Virus record (IMG/VR): IMGVR_UViG_2585427783_000006 | Location: 1 to 25,729 of that record | DNA length: 25,729 bases | DNA from: a virus | Taxonomy: Duplodnaviria; Heunggongvirae; Uroviricota; Caudoviricetes | Strand: one strand, 5' to 3' | Part shown: positions 1-9,241 of the stretch, piece after piece | Numbering within the stretch: position 1 is the stretch's first letter | Layout of the letters: every line of letters starts with the position of its first letter | Program-made: the position numbers and the translations under genes | The notes under the pieces: model-generated | Told to the model about the DNA's origin: nothing | Database searches by the model: none | Seen by the model: only the letters and a program-made list of their open reading frames with translations

Positions 1-267
1 TTACTCTGCAGGTGAAGTCGGCCACTCAATATCAGGTGCGGTTGATGTATCAACACGGTTCAGCAACACCCGATACTTCTTCCAGGCTTCCAGCAACGAG
101 TTTTCTTCCTCCGTTGCGATCTCCAGATCTACAGCATCCTGAAGTGGCGCAATATGCTCACTGAATTCCTGGATGTAGAACTGTGTGGTGACGGTCTTCC
201 AGCCATTCGGCTCCTGCTGTATCGAAGCATACCAGGCTATTTCAATATCGCTATGCTGCGGCAGCAT
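1..267 (-). CDS. Short tail fibre assembly (Tfa)-like protein or fragment, 88 aa
   Basis: The C-terminal ~50 aa ([36 protein letters not shown]...EWP) align with the C-terminus of the intact Tfa at 2522-3049; the N-terminal 35 aa are unrelated. Stop codon is at 1-3. Confidence 0.5.
   Translation of the reverse strand: MLPQHSDIEIAWYASIQQEPNGWKTVTTQFYIQEFSEHIAPLQDAVDLEIATEEENSLLEAWKKYRVLLNRVDTSTAPDIEWPTSPAE
20..92. repeat. 73-bp direct repeat copy A (tfa 3' end); partner at 1069-1141
   Basis: Direct comparison: 71 of 73 nt identical to 1069-1141, same orientation. Confidence 0.9.
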
Positions 268-323
268 TTAACCCCTTGTAATTCATCGCCATAATTGATT
301 TAATTCATAAACAAAACTATAAC

Positions 324-992
324 ATGGTGAAACTAATGAAAAAAAACACACATGATGGGGCTAAAATTTACACACCACTTACCCTAAAGCTTTATGACTG
401 GTGGGTTTTGGGAGTATCAAATCGTCTTGCATGGGGATGTCCTACAAAGGAACACCTTCTTCCACACTTTCTGGAACATTTAGGTAACAACCATCTGGAT
501 ATTGGTGTTGGAACTGGGTTTTACCTTACTCACGTACCTGAGAGTAGTCTGATATCTTTAATGGATTTGAACGAAGCTAGCCTGAACGCGGCATCTACAA
601 GGGCTGGGGAATCAAAAATTAAACATAAAATTAGCCATGATGTTTTTGAACCTTATCCCGCGGCGTTACATGGTCAATTTGATTCCATTTCCATGTTTTA
701 CCTTCTTCACTGCCTGCCTGGAAATATATCTACAAAAAGCTGTGTAATACGCAATGCTGCGCAGGCCTTAACTGACGATGGAACTCTATACGGAGCCACA
801 ATTCTTGGCGATGGAGTTGTGCACAATAGCTTCGGTCAAAAACTGATGCGCATTTACAATCAGAAAGGCATCTTTTCAAACACAAAAGATTCCGAAGAAG
901 GCTTAACACATATACTCTCAGAGCATTTCGAGAATGTTAAAACCAAGGTTCAAGGTACTGTAGTAATGTTTTCCGCTTCAGGGAAAAAATAG
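324..992 (+). CDS. Class I SAM-dependent methyltransferase (moron), 222 aa; substrate unknown
   Basis: Glycine-rich motif I (LDIGVGTGFY) typical of Rossmann-fold SAM methyltransferases. The gene is AT-rich relative to flanking tail genes and sits on the opposite strand between tfa remnants. Alternative start ATG at 337. Confidence 0.65.
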   Translation: MVKLMKKNTHDGAKIYTPLTLKLYDWWVLGVSNRLAWGCPTKEHLLPHFLEHLGNNHLDIGVGTGFYLTHVPESSLISLMDLNEASLNAASTRAGESKIKHKISHDVFEPYPAALHGQFDSISMFYLLHCLPGNISTKSCVIRNAAQALTDDGTLYGATILGDGVVHNSFGQKLMRIYNQKGIFSNTKDSEEGLTHILSEHFENVKTKVQGTVVMFSASGKK

Positions 993-1046
993 CATCCAAC
1001 CGCAGCACGTTCTTGCTTAAGACGTGCTGCGGCATAATCCCAATGA

Positions 1047-1373
1047 TTACTCCCTGACAGGGTTCGTAGGCCACTCAATATCAGGTGCAGTTGATGTATC
1101 AACACGGTTCAGCAACACCCGATACTTTTTCCAGGCTTCCACCACCAGCACGACAAGATGCCGCATACAGTGACCCAGTCAGTCCAGTTTCCAGACAACT
1201 AGTGCGTCACCTTTTTGAAGGCGCTTTAAAGCACGTTTTAATCCAGGTCGGCCTGTCCTTGTTCCGCTTAATTTATCTTCAAATATTTGTTCACATCCTG
1301 CACAAACAAGAGCGTTTCGTTGCAGGTCTGTATTCTGGTCATTTGTTGATACCCTTACATAGCCAATCAGCAC
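1047..1373 (-). pseudogene. pin: Pin/Gin/Hin-family serine DNA invertase remnant: premature TGA after codon ~72, then in-frame fusion to a tfa 3' end
   Basis: The N-terminus (GTG start at 1373, LIGYVRVSTNDQNTDLQRNAL...VVWKLD) matches the invertase catalytic domain including the active-site Ser in YVRVS. TGA at 1179-1181 sits where Arg is expected. The frame continues [13 protein letters not shown] and then switches to [23 protein letters not shown] (Tfa C-terminus). The resolvase core and C-terminal HTH are absent. Confidence 0.8.
1069..1141. repeat. 73-bp direct repeat copy B (tfa 3' end fused to the pin remnant)
   Basis: 71 of 73 nt identical to 20-92. Confidence 0.9.
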
Positions 1374-1427
1374 GCTGAATCTCCCGTCCAAAAGCACAAA
1401 TCATGCCATGCAGGCCAGAAACGGCCA

Positions 1428-1453
1428 TTATCTAAAACCTCGGTTTACAGGAA
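1428..1453. other. Inversion crossover site (gix/pix-like), left
   Basis: TTATCTAAAACCTCGGTTTACAGGAA matches the remembered Gin/Pin recombination site consensus; an inverted copy lies at 3208-3233. Confidence 0.75.
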
Positions 1454-1477
1454 ACGGTAAACAGGGCCAGGAACGCC

Positions 1478-2518
1478 GTGCAAAAGAATGGCGATACCTT
1501 GTCCGGTGGGCTTACTTTTGCAAACGACTCAATCCTTGCCTGGATTAGAAATACTGACTGGGCGAAGATTGGATTTAAAAATGATGCCGACAGCGATACT
1601 GATTCATACATGTGGTTTGAAACAGGCGACAACGGCAATGAATATTTCAAATGGAGAAGCCGCCATGGCACCACAACAAAAGACCTGATGAATCTTAAAT
1701 GGGGTGCTTTGTATGTTCTTGTTAAAGCCCTTTTCGGCAGTGAAGTAAAAATATCGACAGTCAATGCACTGAGGATTTTTAATTCATCCTTTGGTGCTAT
1801 TTTTCGCCGTTCTGAAGAACACCTGCATATCATCCCTACACGAGAAAATGAGGGTGAAAATGGAGATATTGGGCCATTAAGGCCATTCAACATCAACTTA
1901 AGAACAGGAGTTGTGTCTGTTGGTAATGGTGCCAGGATTGATGGCGGGCTGGCACTTGGCACGAATAACGCGTTGGGTGGGAACTCAATTGTTCTTGGTG
2001 ATAATGATACCGGATTTAAACAGAATGGTGATGGTATTCTTGATGTTTACGCTAATAGTCAGCGAGTATTCCGCTTTCAGAATGGAGTGGCTATTGCTTT
2101 TAAAAACATTCAGGCAGGTGATAGTAAAAAATTCTCGCTATCCAGCTCCAACAACTCCACGAAGAACGTAGGGTTTAATTTATGGGGCACTTCATCAAGA
2201 CCAACTGTTGCAGAGCTTGGTGATGATTCAGGCTGGCATTTCTATAGTCAGCGAAATACAGATAACTCAGTAACATTTGCTGTTAACGGTCAGATACAGC
2301 CCAGCAACTGGGGGAATTTTGATTCCCGCTATGTGAAAGATGTTCGCCTGGGTACGCGTGTTGTTCAATTGATGGCGCGTGGTGGTCGTTATGAAAAAGC
2401 CGGACACGCAATTACCGGATTAAGAATCATTGGTGAAGTAGATGGCGATGATGAAGCCATCTTCAGGCCAATACAAAAATACATCAATGGCACATGGTAT
2501 AACGTCGTACAGGTGTAA
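1478..2518 (+). CDS. stf: Side tail fibre variable C-terminal cassette (Sv'), promoterless; coding continues upstream to the crossover site
   Basis: QKNGDTLSGGLTFANDSILAWIRNTDWAKIGFKNDAD...GTWYNVVQV matches the C-terminal receptor-binding part of lambda Stf. It lies immediately after the left crossover site and inside the invertible segment. Confidence 0.8.
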   Translation: MQKNGDTLSGGLTFANDSILAWIRNTDWAKIGFKNDADSDTDSYMWFETGDNGNEYFKWRSRHGTTTKDLMNLKWGALYVLVKALFGSEVKISTVNALRIFNSSFGAIFRRSEEHLHIIPTRENEGENGDIGPLRPFNINLRTGVVSVGNGARIDGGLALGTNNALGGNSIVLGDNDTGFKQNGDGILDVYANSQRVFRFQNGVAIAFKNIQAGDSKKFSLSSSNNSTKNVGFNLWGTSSRPTVAELGDDSGWHFYSQRNTDNSVTFAVNGQIQPSNWGNFDSRYVKDVRLGTRVVQLMARGGRYEKAGHAITGLRIIGEVDGDDEAIFRPIQKYINGTWYNVVQV

Positions 2519-2521
2519 TTT

Positions 2522-3049
2522 ATGCAGCATTTAAAAAATATTAAGTCTGGAAATCCAAAAACAAAAGAACAATATCAGCTAACAAAGAATTTTGATGTTA
2601 TCTGGTTATATACAGAAGACGGTAAAAACTGGTATGAGGAAGTGAAAAACTTTCAGCCAGACACAATAAAGATTGTTTACGATGCAAATAATATTATTGT
2701 CGCCATCACCAAAGATGCCTCCACGCTTAACCCTGAAGGTTATAGCGTCGTTGAGGTTCCAGATATTACAGCCAACCGCCGCGCTGATGATTCCGGTAAG
2801 TGGATGTTTAGGGACGGAGCTGTGGTTAAACGGATTTATACGGCAGACGAGCAACAACAACAGGCCGAATCACAAAAGGCCGCATTGCTTTCCGAAGCTG
2901 AATCAGTCATCCAACCGCTGGAACGCGCTGTCAGGCTGAATATGGCAACAGACGAGGAACGCACACGACTGGAAGCATGGGAACGCTACAGTGTTCTGGT
3001 CAGCCGTGTGGATACGGCAAATCCTGAATGGCCACAAAAACCAGAGTAA
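2522..3049 (+). CDS. tfa: Tail fibre assembly protein Tfa, 175 aa
   Basis: Directly follows the Sv' cassette; Tfa-like C-terminus ([32 protein letters not shown]). Confidence 0.8.
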   Translation: MQHLKNIKSGNPKTKEQYQLTKNFDVIWLYTEDGKNWYEEVKNFQPDTIKIVYDANNIIVAITKDASTLNPEGYSVVEVPDITANRRADDSGKWMFRDGAVVKRIYTADEQQQQAESQKAALLSEAESVIQPLERAVRLNMATDEERTRLEAWERYSVLVSRVDTANPEWPQKPE

Positions 3050-5037
3050 AAATTAAGGCCCGATGTCCAGACCTGACTATCGCCACCAATATTCAGCCAT
3101 GAGCTATATGCGCGGCAGGCACCAATATTTTTGGTGAAGGTATCTTTTCCTGGAATATCTGCGCCGTTCTGGTTTTTCTGTAATGCGCCAGAAGCCTGAC
3201 TTACCGTTTCCTGTAAACCGAGGTATTCGATAACAGCGGCAACGGTCGATTTCGCAAGAATATCCCGCCCGACTTTTGTCAGGGTTGCCAGGCTGGCGAC
3301 ATCATTCCCCGTAAAATACGGAAACCTGTCTGCCGCAGTAGCAAGCCCGGCCAGCGCCGTCAGGGTGGCATCTTTCGGTTGCTTACCCGCAAGCGCGTTA
3401 GTCATGGTGGTCGCAAAATTCGGGTCGTTTCCCAGCGCCGCCGCCAGCTCGTTCAGCGTATTCAGTGCGTCAGGCGACGAGTCTACAAGTGCGGCAATCG
3501 CGGCCATCACATAAGCCGTGCTTGCGATCTGAGTATTATTAGTCCCTTTTGGCGCAGTTGGCGTTGTTGGCGTTCCGGTCAGCGCAGGACTGTTTAAAGG
3601 CGCTTTCTTGTTCGTTTCATCCATTACCGCCTTAACCGCTTTTGGTGTCGCAGCCAGCGTTTCAGACGGGCTGTTAGTGGCGCTACTGAGCTGAACTATC
3701 CCTTTTCGTGCCGTCGTTGCATCCTGAGCGGTATATTTTGCGTTAGCAAGGTCATATGCTGCCTTTACTGCCTTTGGTGTTGCCGCCAGTGACTCGGAAG
3801 TGCTGTTGGTCGCACTGCTGAGCTGAACCACACCTTTTTTCGTCGTGCTCGCATCTTCCAGAGATACGGCATCAGCAATATCCTCTGCCCGTTTTGCTGC
3901 TGTTTCGGCACGCGTTGCCGCGGATTCAGCAGCAACTTTGCTCTGAGATGCAGCCGTCGCACTGCCTGCCGCCTCTGATGCTTTCGTTGTTGCTGTCGTG
4001 GCACTACCTTTCGCTGCTGACGCTTGTCTGGTCGCCTCATCTTTTGAAGCAGACGCAGATGATGCCGATGACGCCGCTGAACCAGCGGACGATGCGGCTG
4101 CCGCCTTAGAGGAAGCAGCATTGTCTGCTGAAGTCTTTGCATTTGTTTCAGAGGTTTTTGCTGCAGAAGCAGACCTCGCTGCTGCAGTGGCTTGCTTAGT
4201 GGCTTCGCCAGCCTTCGTTGTGGCTGTTGAAGCGGATGATGCGGCGCTTTCTGCCGATTTTCCGGCGGCGGTGGCACTGGCTGAGGCCTGCCCGGCACTT
4301 GTTGACGCGGCACTGGCCGACGATGCAGCCGCTGTTTTTGAACCTGCCGCAGCTGAGGCACTCTGTGCTGCTGCCGTTTCAGAAGACTTAGCGTTTGTCT
4401 CAGACGTCTTTGCCGCCTTCGCGGAATTTCCTGCCGCCGTTGCCGAGGAAGCTGCACTACTGGCACTTGATGATGCATTCGTTTCTGATGATTTCGCTGC
4501 CTCTTTTGAGGCCGCCGCCCCCCGTGCCGAGGTGGCAGCTTCTGACGCCTTCGTGGTCGCTGTGGATGCAGAAGTGGCTGCCGATTTTTGTGATGCTGCG
4601 GCATTCGTTTCTGACGTTTTCGCGGCACTGGCGCTGGTAGCTGCCGCGCTTTTTGATGACTCTGCAGCAGCAGCACTTTTCGCTGCTTCACTGGCCTTTG
4701 TCGATGCCGTTCCTGCGCTGGAAGACGCTGACTGAGCCGACGACGCGGCCTGTCCGGCTGACGTGCTGGCTGCGCGTGCTGAGCCTGCAGCATCAGTCGC
4801 ATGGGTTGCCGCCTCACGGGCTGATGTGCTGGCATCACTGGCTGACTTCTTCGCGGCTGCCGTGTTCTGTGCCACTGCGGACGCGTTACGCGCCACCTCT
4901 TCCACCATCAGTTCAAAACGGCGCAGTGCCTCCGGACGGGCATCATCCTCCGTCATGGCACCGAGAAAATCATTCAGCGTACCGGGTCGGGAATCTTCAT
5001 ACACGGTGATGGTCCCGGCATGTGACGGCGGGAATCC
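2986..5037 (-). pseudogene. stf: Side tail fibre Stf constant region, N-terminally truncated by the J-stf deletion and currently joined to a non-homologous C-terminal stub
   Basis: GFPPSHAGTITVYEDS...long Ala/Ser-rich repeats...AVIEYLGLQETV matches lambda Stf from about residue 60 to the crossover point. After the crossover the frame reads antisense through the tfa 3' end. Confidence 0.8.
3208..3233. other. Inversion crossover site (gix/pix-like), right, inside the stf reading frame
   Basis: TTCCTGTAAACCGAGGTATTCGATAA is the inverted partner of 1428-1453 (16 bp identical in one half-site). It encodes ...IEYLGLQE... at the constant/variable junction of the tail fibre. Confidence 0.75.
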
Positions 5038-7165
5038 GGAACGATACCGACGCCGGATCGCCCTGCTGTCCCCATGCATTTACTGCCCGGACTGTCAGCC
5101 TGTAGTTCCCCAGAGCCAGTTGTGTGAAGCGGTAAGTGGTTTCCGTCGTCCGGGCCGTGCTGACCAGCCGCTCACTGCCGTCATCCGCTGCCACGGTCAG
5201 GCGAAGCATAAAGCTCACCCCCTTCACCACCTTCGGCGTGTCCCAGCGGGCCAGCACCTGGTATTCCCCGCTGTCTGCGGTGACTTCGGCGGTCAGATGC
5301 TGCACTGCTGGCGGCGTGACACCATTCACCGTGCCGCTCTGGTTACCGTCAAAGTGCGCCCCGTTATCCACGATGGCTTCTTTCTCCGGTACATGCTGCA
5401 CTGCAGTGATGGCATACGTACCGTCGTCGTTCTCACGGATACTCACACAGCGGAACAGGCGCTGGCGCAGCGTCGGCAGCTTCAGCCCCCACACGCTGTA
5501 CTCGGCAACGCCGTCAGGAACCCGGCTCACTTTCACCTTCACGCCGTCGGTGATGGACTGGACCTCCACGCTGACCGGATTGCCACTTCCGTCAACCAGG
5601 CTTATCAGCGTGGTGCCGGAGGATGGCAGCGTGATTTCACGGTCGAGCGTCAGCGTCCGGGTCTGGCTGTTCACCGCCAGCACGCGCCCGCCGGTGCTGA
5701 TACCGGCATAGTCATCATCGCAGATTTCAATGACATCGCCCGGTACATGGCGAAGCCCTTCGGCACCCACGCTGAAGTCCACGGTCTGCGTCTCCAGCAG
5801 TTCTGTTTTAATCAGCCACAGCCCGGCGCGGTGTGCCTGCCCCCGGCTGGTACAGCCAAAAGCATCCATCTTCGTGACGTTACGGCCGTAACGGGCAATG
5901 GCCTGCGTGTCCTCCACAAGCTCTGTCGCCGTCTCCCAGCCGTTGTTCGGGTCAATCCAGTTCACCTCAACGGCATTATGGCGGTCCTTCAGGGCGCTGA
6001 AGCTGTAGCGGAACGGCGCGCCATCATCCGGCATCACCACATTACTGCGGTTATAGGTCCACACCTTATCTGATGGTCGGTCCTGCACGAACGTCAGCGT
6101 CTGCCCGTTCCATACCGGCATACAGCGCATCGCCGAGCAGAAATCACTGAGCACATCCCACGCCTTGCGCTGTGTGGTCAGGTACGCATTACAGGTGATG
6201 CGCGGCTCCGTGCCGCCAAAGCCGTCCGGCACTGACTGGTCGCAGTACTGGCCGATAACATACAACGCCCATTTATCCACATCCGCCGCACCAAGACGTT
6301 TCCCCATGCCGTAGCGCGGATGGGTCAGCATATCCCACAGACACCAGGCCATGTTGTTGCTGTATGCCGGTTTAAACGTTCCGTCCCAGATACCGCTGTA
6401 TTGCCGCGTCTGCGGGTTATAATTCGACGGCACCTGCAGAATACGCCCGCGCAGATGATAATTACGGCTCACCTGCTGGCTGCCGAACTGCTCCGAGTCC
6501 ACCTGCACGCCGACCAGTACCGTGTTCGGGTAGCACTGTTTCACATCGATAATTTCGGTGTATGACGACCAGAGCGTTTTGTTCTGCAGCTGGTCTGTGG
6601 TGCTGTCCGGCGTCATCCTGCGCATCCGGATACTGAACGGGCGCGGCGGCAGGTTATCCACCACCACCGAGGCCAGATACTGTGAAGTGGTTTTACCCTT
6701 AATGGTGATGTCTTTTTCCGTCACCCAGCCACCGTTACGCTGGATCTGAACCAGCAGGCGGACTTCCGACGGATTCCTGTCCCCCTTTGAGGTGGTTTCC
6801 ACCAGTGCCTGCACGCCGAAGGTAAAACGCAGTCGGTCAATGTTTGCCGACGTGATGGTCCGGGTGATCGGCGTGTCGTATTTCACTTCCGTACCCAGCA
6901 CCGTCTCGGAGCCGGAGGATTCAAATCCCTCCGGCGGTGTCTGCTCCTGCTCACCGGCCCGGAACACCACCGTGACGCCGGATATATTGGTATTCCCCTC
7001 ACTGTCCAGCACCGGCGTACTGTTCAGCAGCACGCTTTTTAATCCATCCACCGGACCTTCAACCGGCCCTTCGCTGATAGCATCGATCACACTCAGCAGC
7101 TGCGTGGACTTCAGGTTGTCCTTCGCTTCGCGCGGGGTATGCCCCTTACTGCTGCCTTTACCCAT
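4997..7165 (-). pseudogene. J: Host specificity protein J, truncated after about residue 716; C-terminal receptor-binding region deleted
   Basis: MGKGSSKGHTPREAKDNLKSTQLLSVIDAISEGP... is near-identical to lambda J through ...ASVSFRI, then 11 unrelated codons and a stop. Full J is remembered as about 1130 aa. Confidence 0.85.
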
Positions 7166-7225
7166 TCGTCATGCTCCATAAACGATAAAACCGCCCGGAG
7201 GCGGTTTCACATAAAACGTTTTTCA

Positions 7226-7897
7226 TCAGCGACCAATCACCACAACCTGACCACCGTCCCCTTCGTCTGCCGTGCTGATCTCCTGAGAAACCACACGTGA
7301 TCCCACGCGCATTTCACCGTACAGAACGGGCAGAACATTGCCCTAGGCAACCATGTTATCCAGTGAGGAGAAATAGGTGTTTTGTTTGCCGTTATCCGTT
7401 GTCTGTGTACGGGGAGTTCTGGCTTTCGGTGCCAGCATCTGGGCCACACCACCGAGCACCATACTGGCACCGAGAGAAAACAGGATGCCGGTCATACCAC
7501 CGGCCCCAATGGCTGCCCCCCATGCTGCAAGGGTGGCTCCGGCAGTAAAGAATGATCCGGCAATGGCGGCTGCTCCCAGGACAATCTGGAATACGCCACC
7601 TGACTTGGCCCCGGCGACTCTGGGAACAATATGAATCACAGCGCCATCAGGCAGAGTCTCATGTAACTGCGCCGTCAACCCGGACGTGCTGACGTCCCGC
7701 CCGGCAATCCGTACCTGATACCAGCCATCGCTCAGTTTCTGACGAAACGCCGGGAGCTGTGTGGCCAGCGCCCGGATGGCTTCAGCCCCCGTTTTCACAC
7801 GAAGGTCGATGCGGCGGCCAAATCGTTGTAAATCCCCGTAAAGGCAGATGCGTGCCATGCCCGGTGACGCCAGAGGGAGTGTGTGCGTCGCTGCCAT
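7226..7897 (-). pseudogene. I: Tail assembly protein I with an in-frame amber (TAG) codon at 7343-7345
   Basis: MAATHTLPLASPGMARICLYGDL...SSLDNMVA then TAG where lambda has Gln. The same frame continues GNVLPVLYGEMRVGSRVVSQEISTADEGDGGQVVVIGR to a stop at 7226-7228. Confidence 0.8.
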
Positions 7898-8538
7898 TTT
7901 TCGGTATACCTCTCTCGTTTGCTCAGTTGTTCAGGAATATGGTGCAGCAGCTCGCCGTCACCACAGTAAATGGCGGCATGATTCGGCACCGATGAACCAA
8001 AACAGCACAGCAGCACATCGCCCGGCTGCGCCGCTGACAACGGCACCTGATACAGCCCTGTGGCCTCCAGATTATCCAGATAGAGATTCTGACCGTTACG
8101 CCACCAGTCATCCTCACGATGAAAATCCGGCATCTCAATCCCCGCCAGATGGTAAGCATCCCGGAACAGCGTGTAACAGTCCGTCACCCCGTGCTCAAAG
8201 CGCCGCCCGGTGAGATGCGGCACACAGCGGAATTTATGAATCGCCCCCCGGCAGACCAGCCACCACGGCAAATCACTCTGCACCTGCAACCGCCGGTCAG
8301 CCTCACTCAGCCAGGGCAGACCACCGGGGTGACTGTGGACCAGCGCCACAATCTCACCCTGCATTTCTGCCTGCAGCCAGTCCTCCGGAGCCATCCGGAA
8401 ATAATCCTCCGGCTCACCGGAAATATTCACGCCGGGAAAATATCTTTCCCCCTCCGGCGTTCTCACCACGAAGCCGCACGACTCCGCTGGCGCACATCGC
8501 CGGGCGTGCGCCAGGATCGCTGATTCTGTCTCTGTCAT
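7795..8538 (-). CDS. K: Tail assembly protein K (JAMM/MPN plus NlpC/P60-like)
   Basis: MTETESAILAHARRCAPAESCGFVV...HSHPGG... Start chosen at the ATG at 8538; the longer ORF listed in the track is an upstream extension overlapping L. Confidence 0.8.
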   Translation of the reverse strand: MTETESAILAHARRCAPAESCGFVVRTPEGERYFPGVNISGEPEDYFRMAPEDWLQAEMQGEIVALVHSHPGGLPWLSEADRRLQVQSDLPWWLVCRGAIHKFRCVPHLTGRRFEHGVTDCYTLFRDAYHLAGIEMPDFHREDDWWRNGQNLYLDNLEATGLYQVPLSAAQPGDVLLCCFGSSVPNHAAIYCGDGELLHHIPEQLSKRERYTEKWQRRTHSLWRHRAWHASAFTGIYNDLAAASTFV

Positions 8539-8542
8539 GGGA

Positions 8543-9241
8543 TTACTGCGAAAGTTTGTTAATGGAAAGGAAGCCGCCAAAGTTGCCGACGTTATTGCGA
8601 AACTTACAGCCACTCAGGCATTTGCTGCATTTATCCTTCGTGATATCGGACGTCGGCTGGTCATATTCATCCGCGACAGCCGGACCGCTATAACCGCACT
8701 CGTCACCGCGATAGGTCCAGGTGCAGGTGTTGGCCAGCATGATACGTCCCGGAAAAACAGCGCCATCCGTTTCCGTCGGCGTGGACAGTACAAAAGAGGC
8801 ACTGACTGCGCTCAGTTCGCTGCACTGCTCGATGCGCCAGCGGCTGATCACCTCCTGCTCCGGATCGGCGTCTCTGTTTCCGTTGACGAAGTTCACCGCA
8901 TCCAGAAAACGGGCGTAAACCTTACGCCGGACCACCGTTCCGCCGACCAGACTCTGCAGATCTTCCGCCATCCCGGTGACCATACCGTACAGGTTAGAAA
9001 CCGTCAGCGTGGGGCGCGTACTGGTGCCTTTGCCATTCAGTTCAAAACCACTCCCCTGAATGGGATACGGCTGATACTGTCGCCCCTGCCAGGTGACCGG
9101 CTCACCTTTTTCGTTCTGCTCATTACAGAAAAAATAACGTTCTCCACCGACCTCTGTCAGGTCGATTTCCCAGAGCACCACGCTGGCCGACTGCTCCGCA
9201 CGGGTGCATTCATTCAGTGTTTCCTGCCGGATATCCTGCAT
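8543..9241 (-). CDS. L: Tail tip protein L, 232 aa
   Basis: MQDIRQETLNECTRAEQSASVVLWEIDLTEVGGERYFFCNEQNEKGEPVTWQGRQYQPYPIQ... lambda L-like, in lambda synteny. Confidence 0.85.
   Translation of the reverse strand: MQDIRQETLNECTRAEQSASVVLWEIDLTEVGGERYFFCNEQNEKGEPVTWQGRQYQPYPIQGSGFELNGKGTSTRPTLTVSNLYGMVTGMAEDLQSLVGGTVVRRKVYARFLDAVNFVNGNRDADPEQEVISRWRIEQCSELSAVSASFVLSTPTETDGAVFPGRIMLANTCTWTYRGDECGYSGPAVADEYDQPTSDITKDKCSKCLSGCKFRNNVGNFGGFLSINKLSQ

Noticed and set aside
3765-6073. Long alternative-frame and antisense ORFs across stf and J (3765-4838 minus, 3998-4735 plus, 4395-4640, 4653-5009, 4763-6073 plus, 5136-5711 plus)
   Set aside because: Their translations are low-complexity Arg/Gln/Pro or Ala-rich strings produced by the GC-rich, Ala/Ser-repeat coding sequence of stf and by J. 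The in-frame stf and J products match lambda proteins, so these are non-coding shadows.
7795-8613. 272-aa version of the K ORF with a 25-codon N-terminal extension
   Set aside because: The extension overlaps the L stop and lacks homology; the internal ATG at 8538 (MTETESAIL...) matches the lambda K start.
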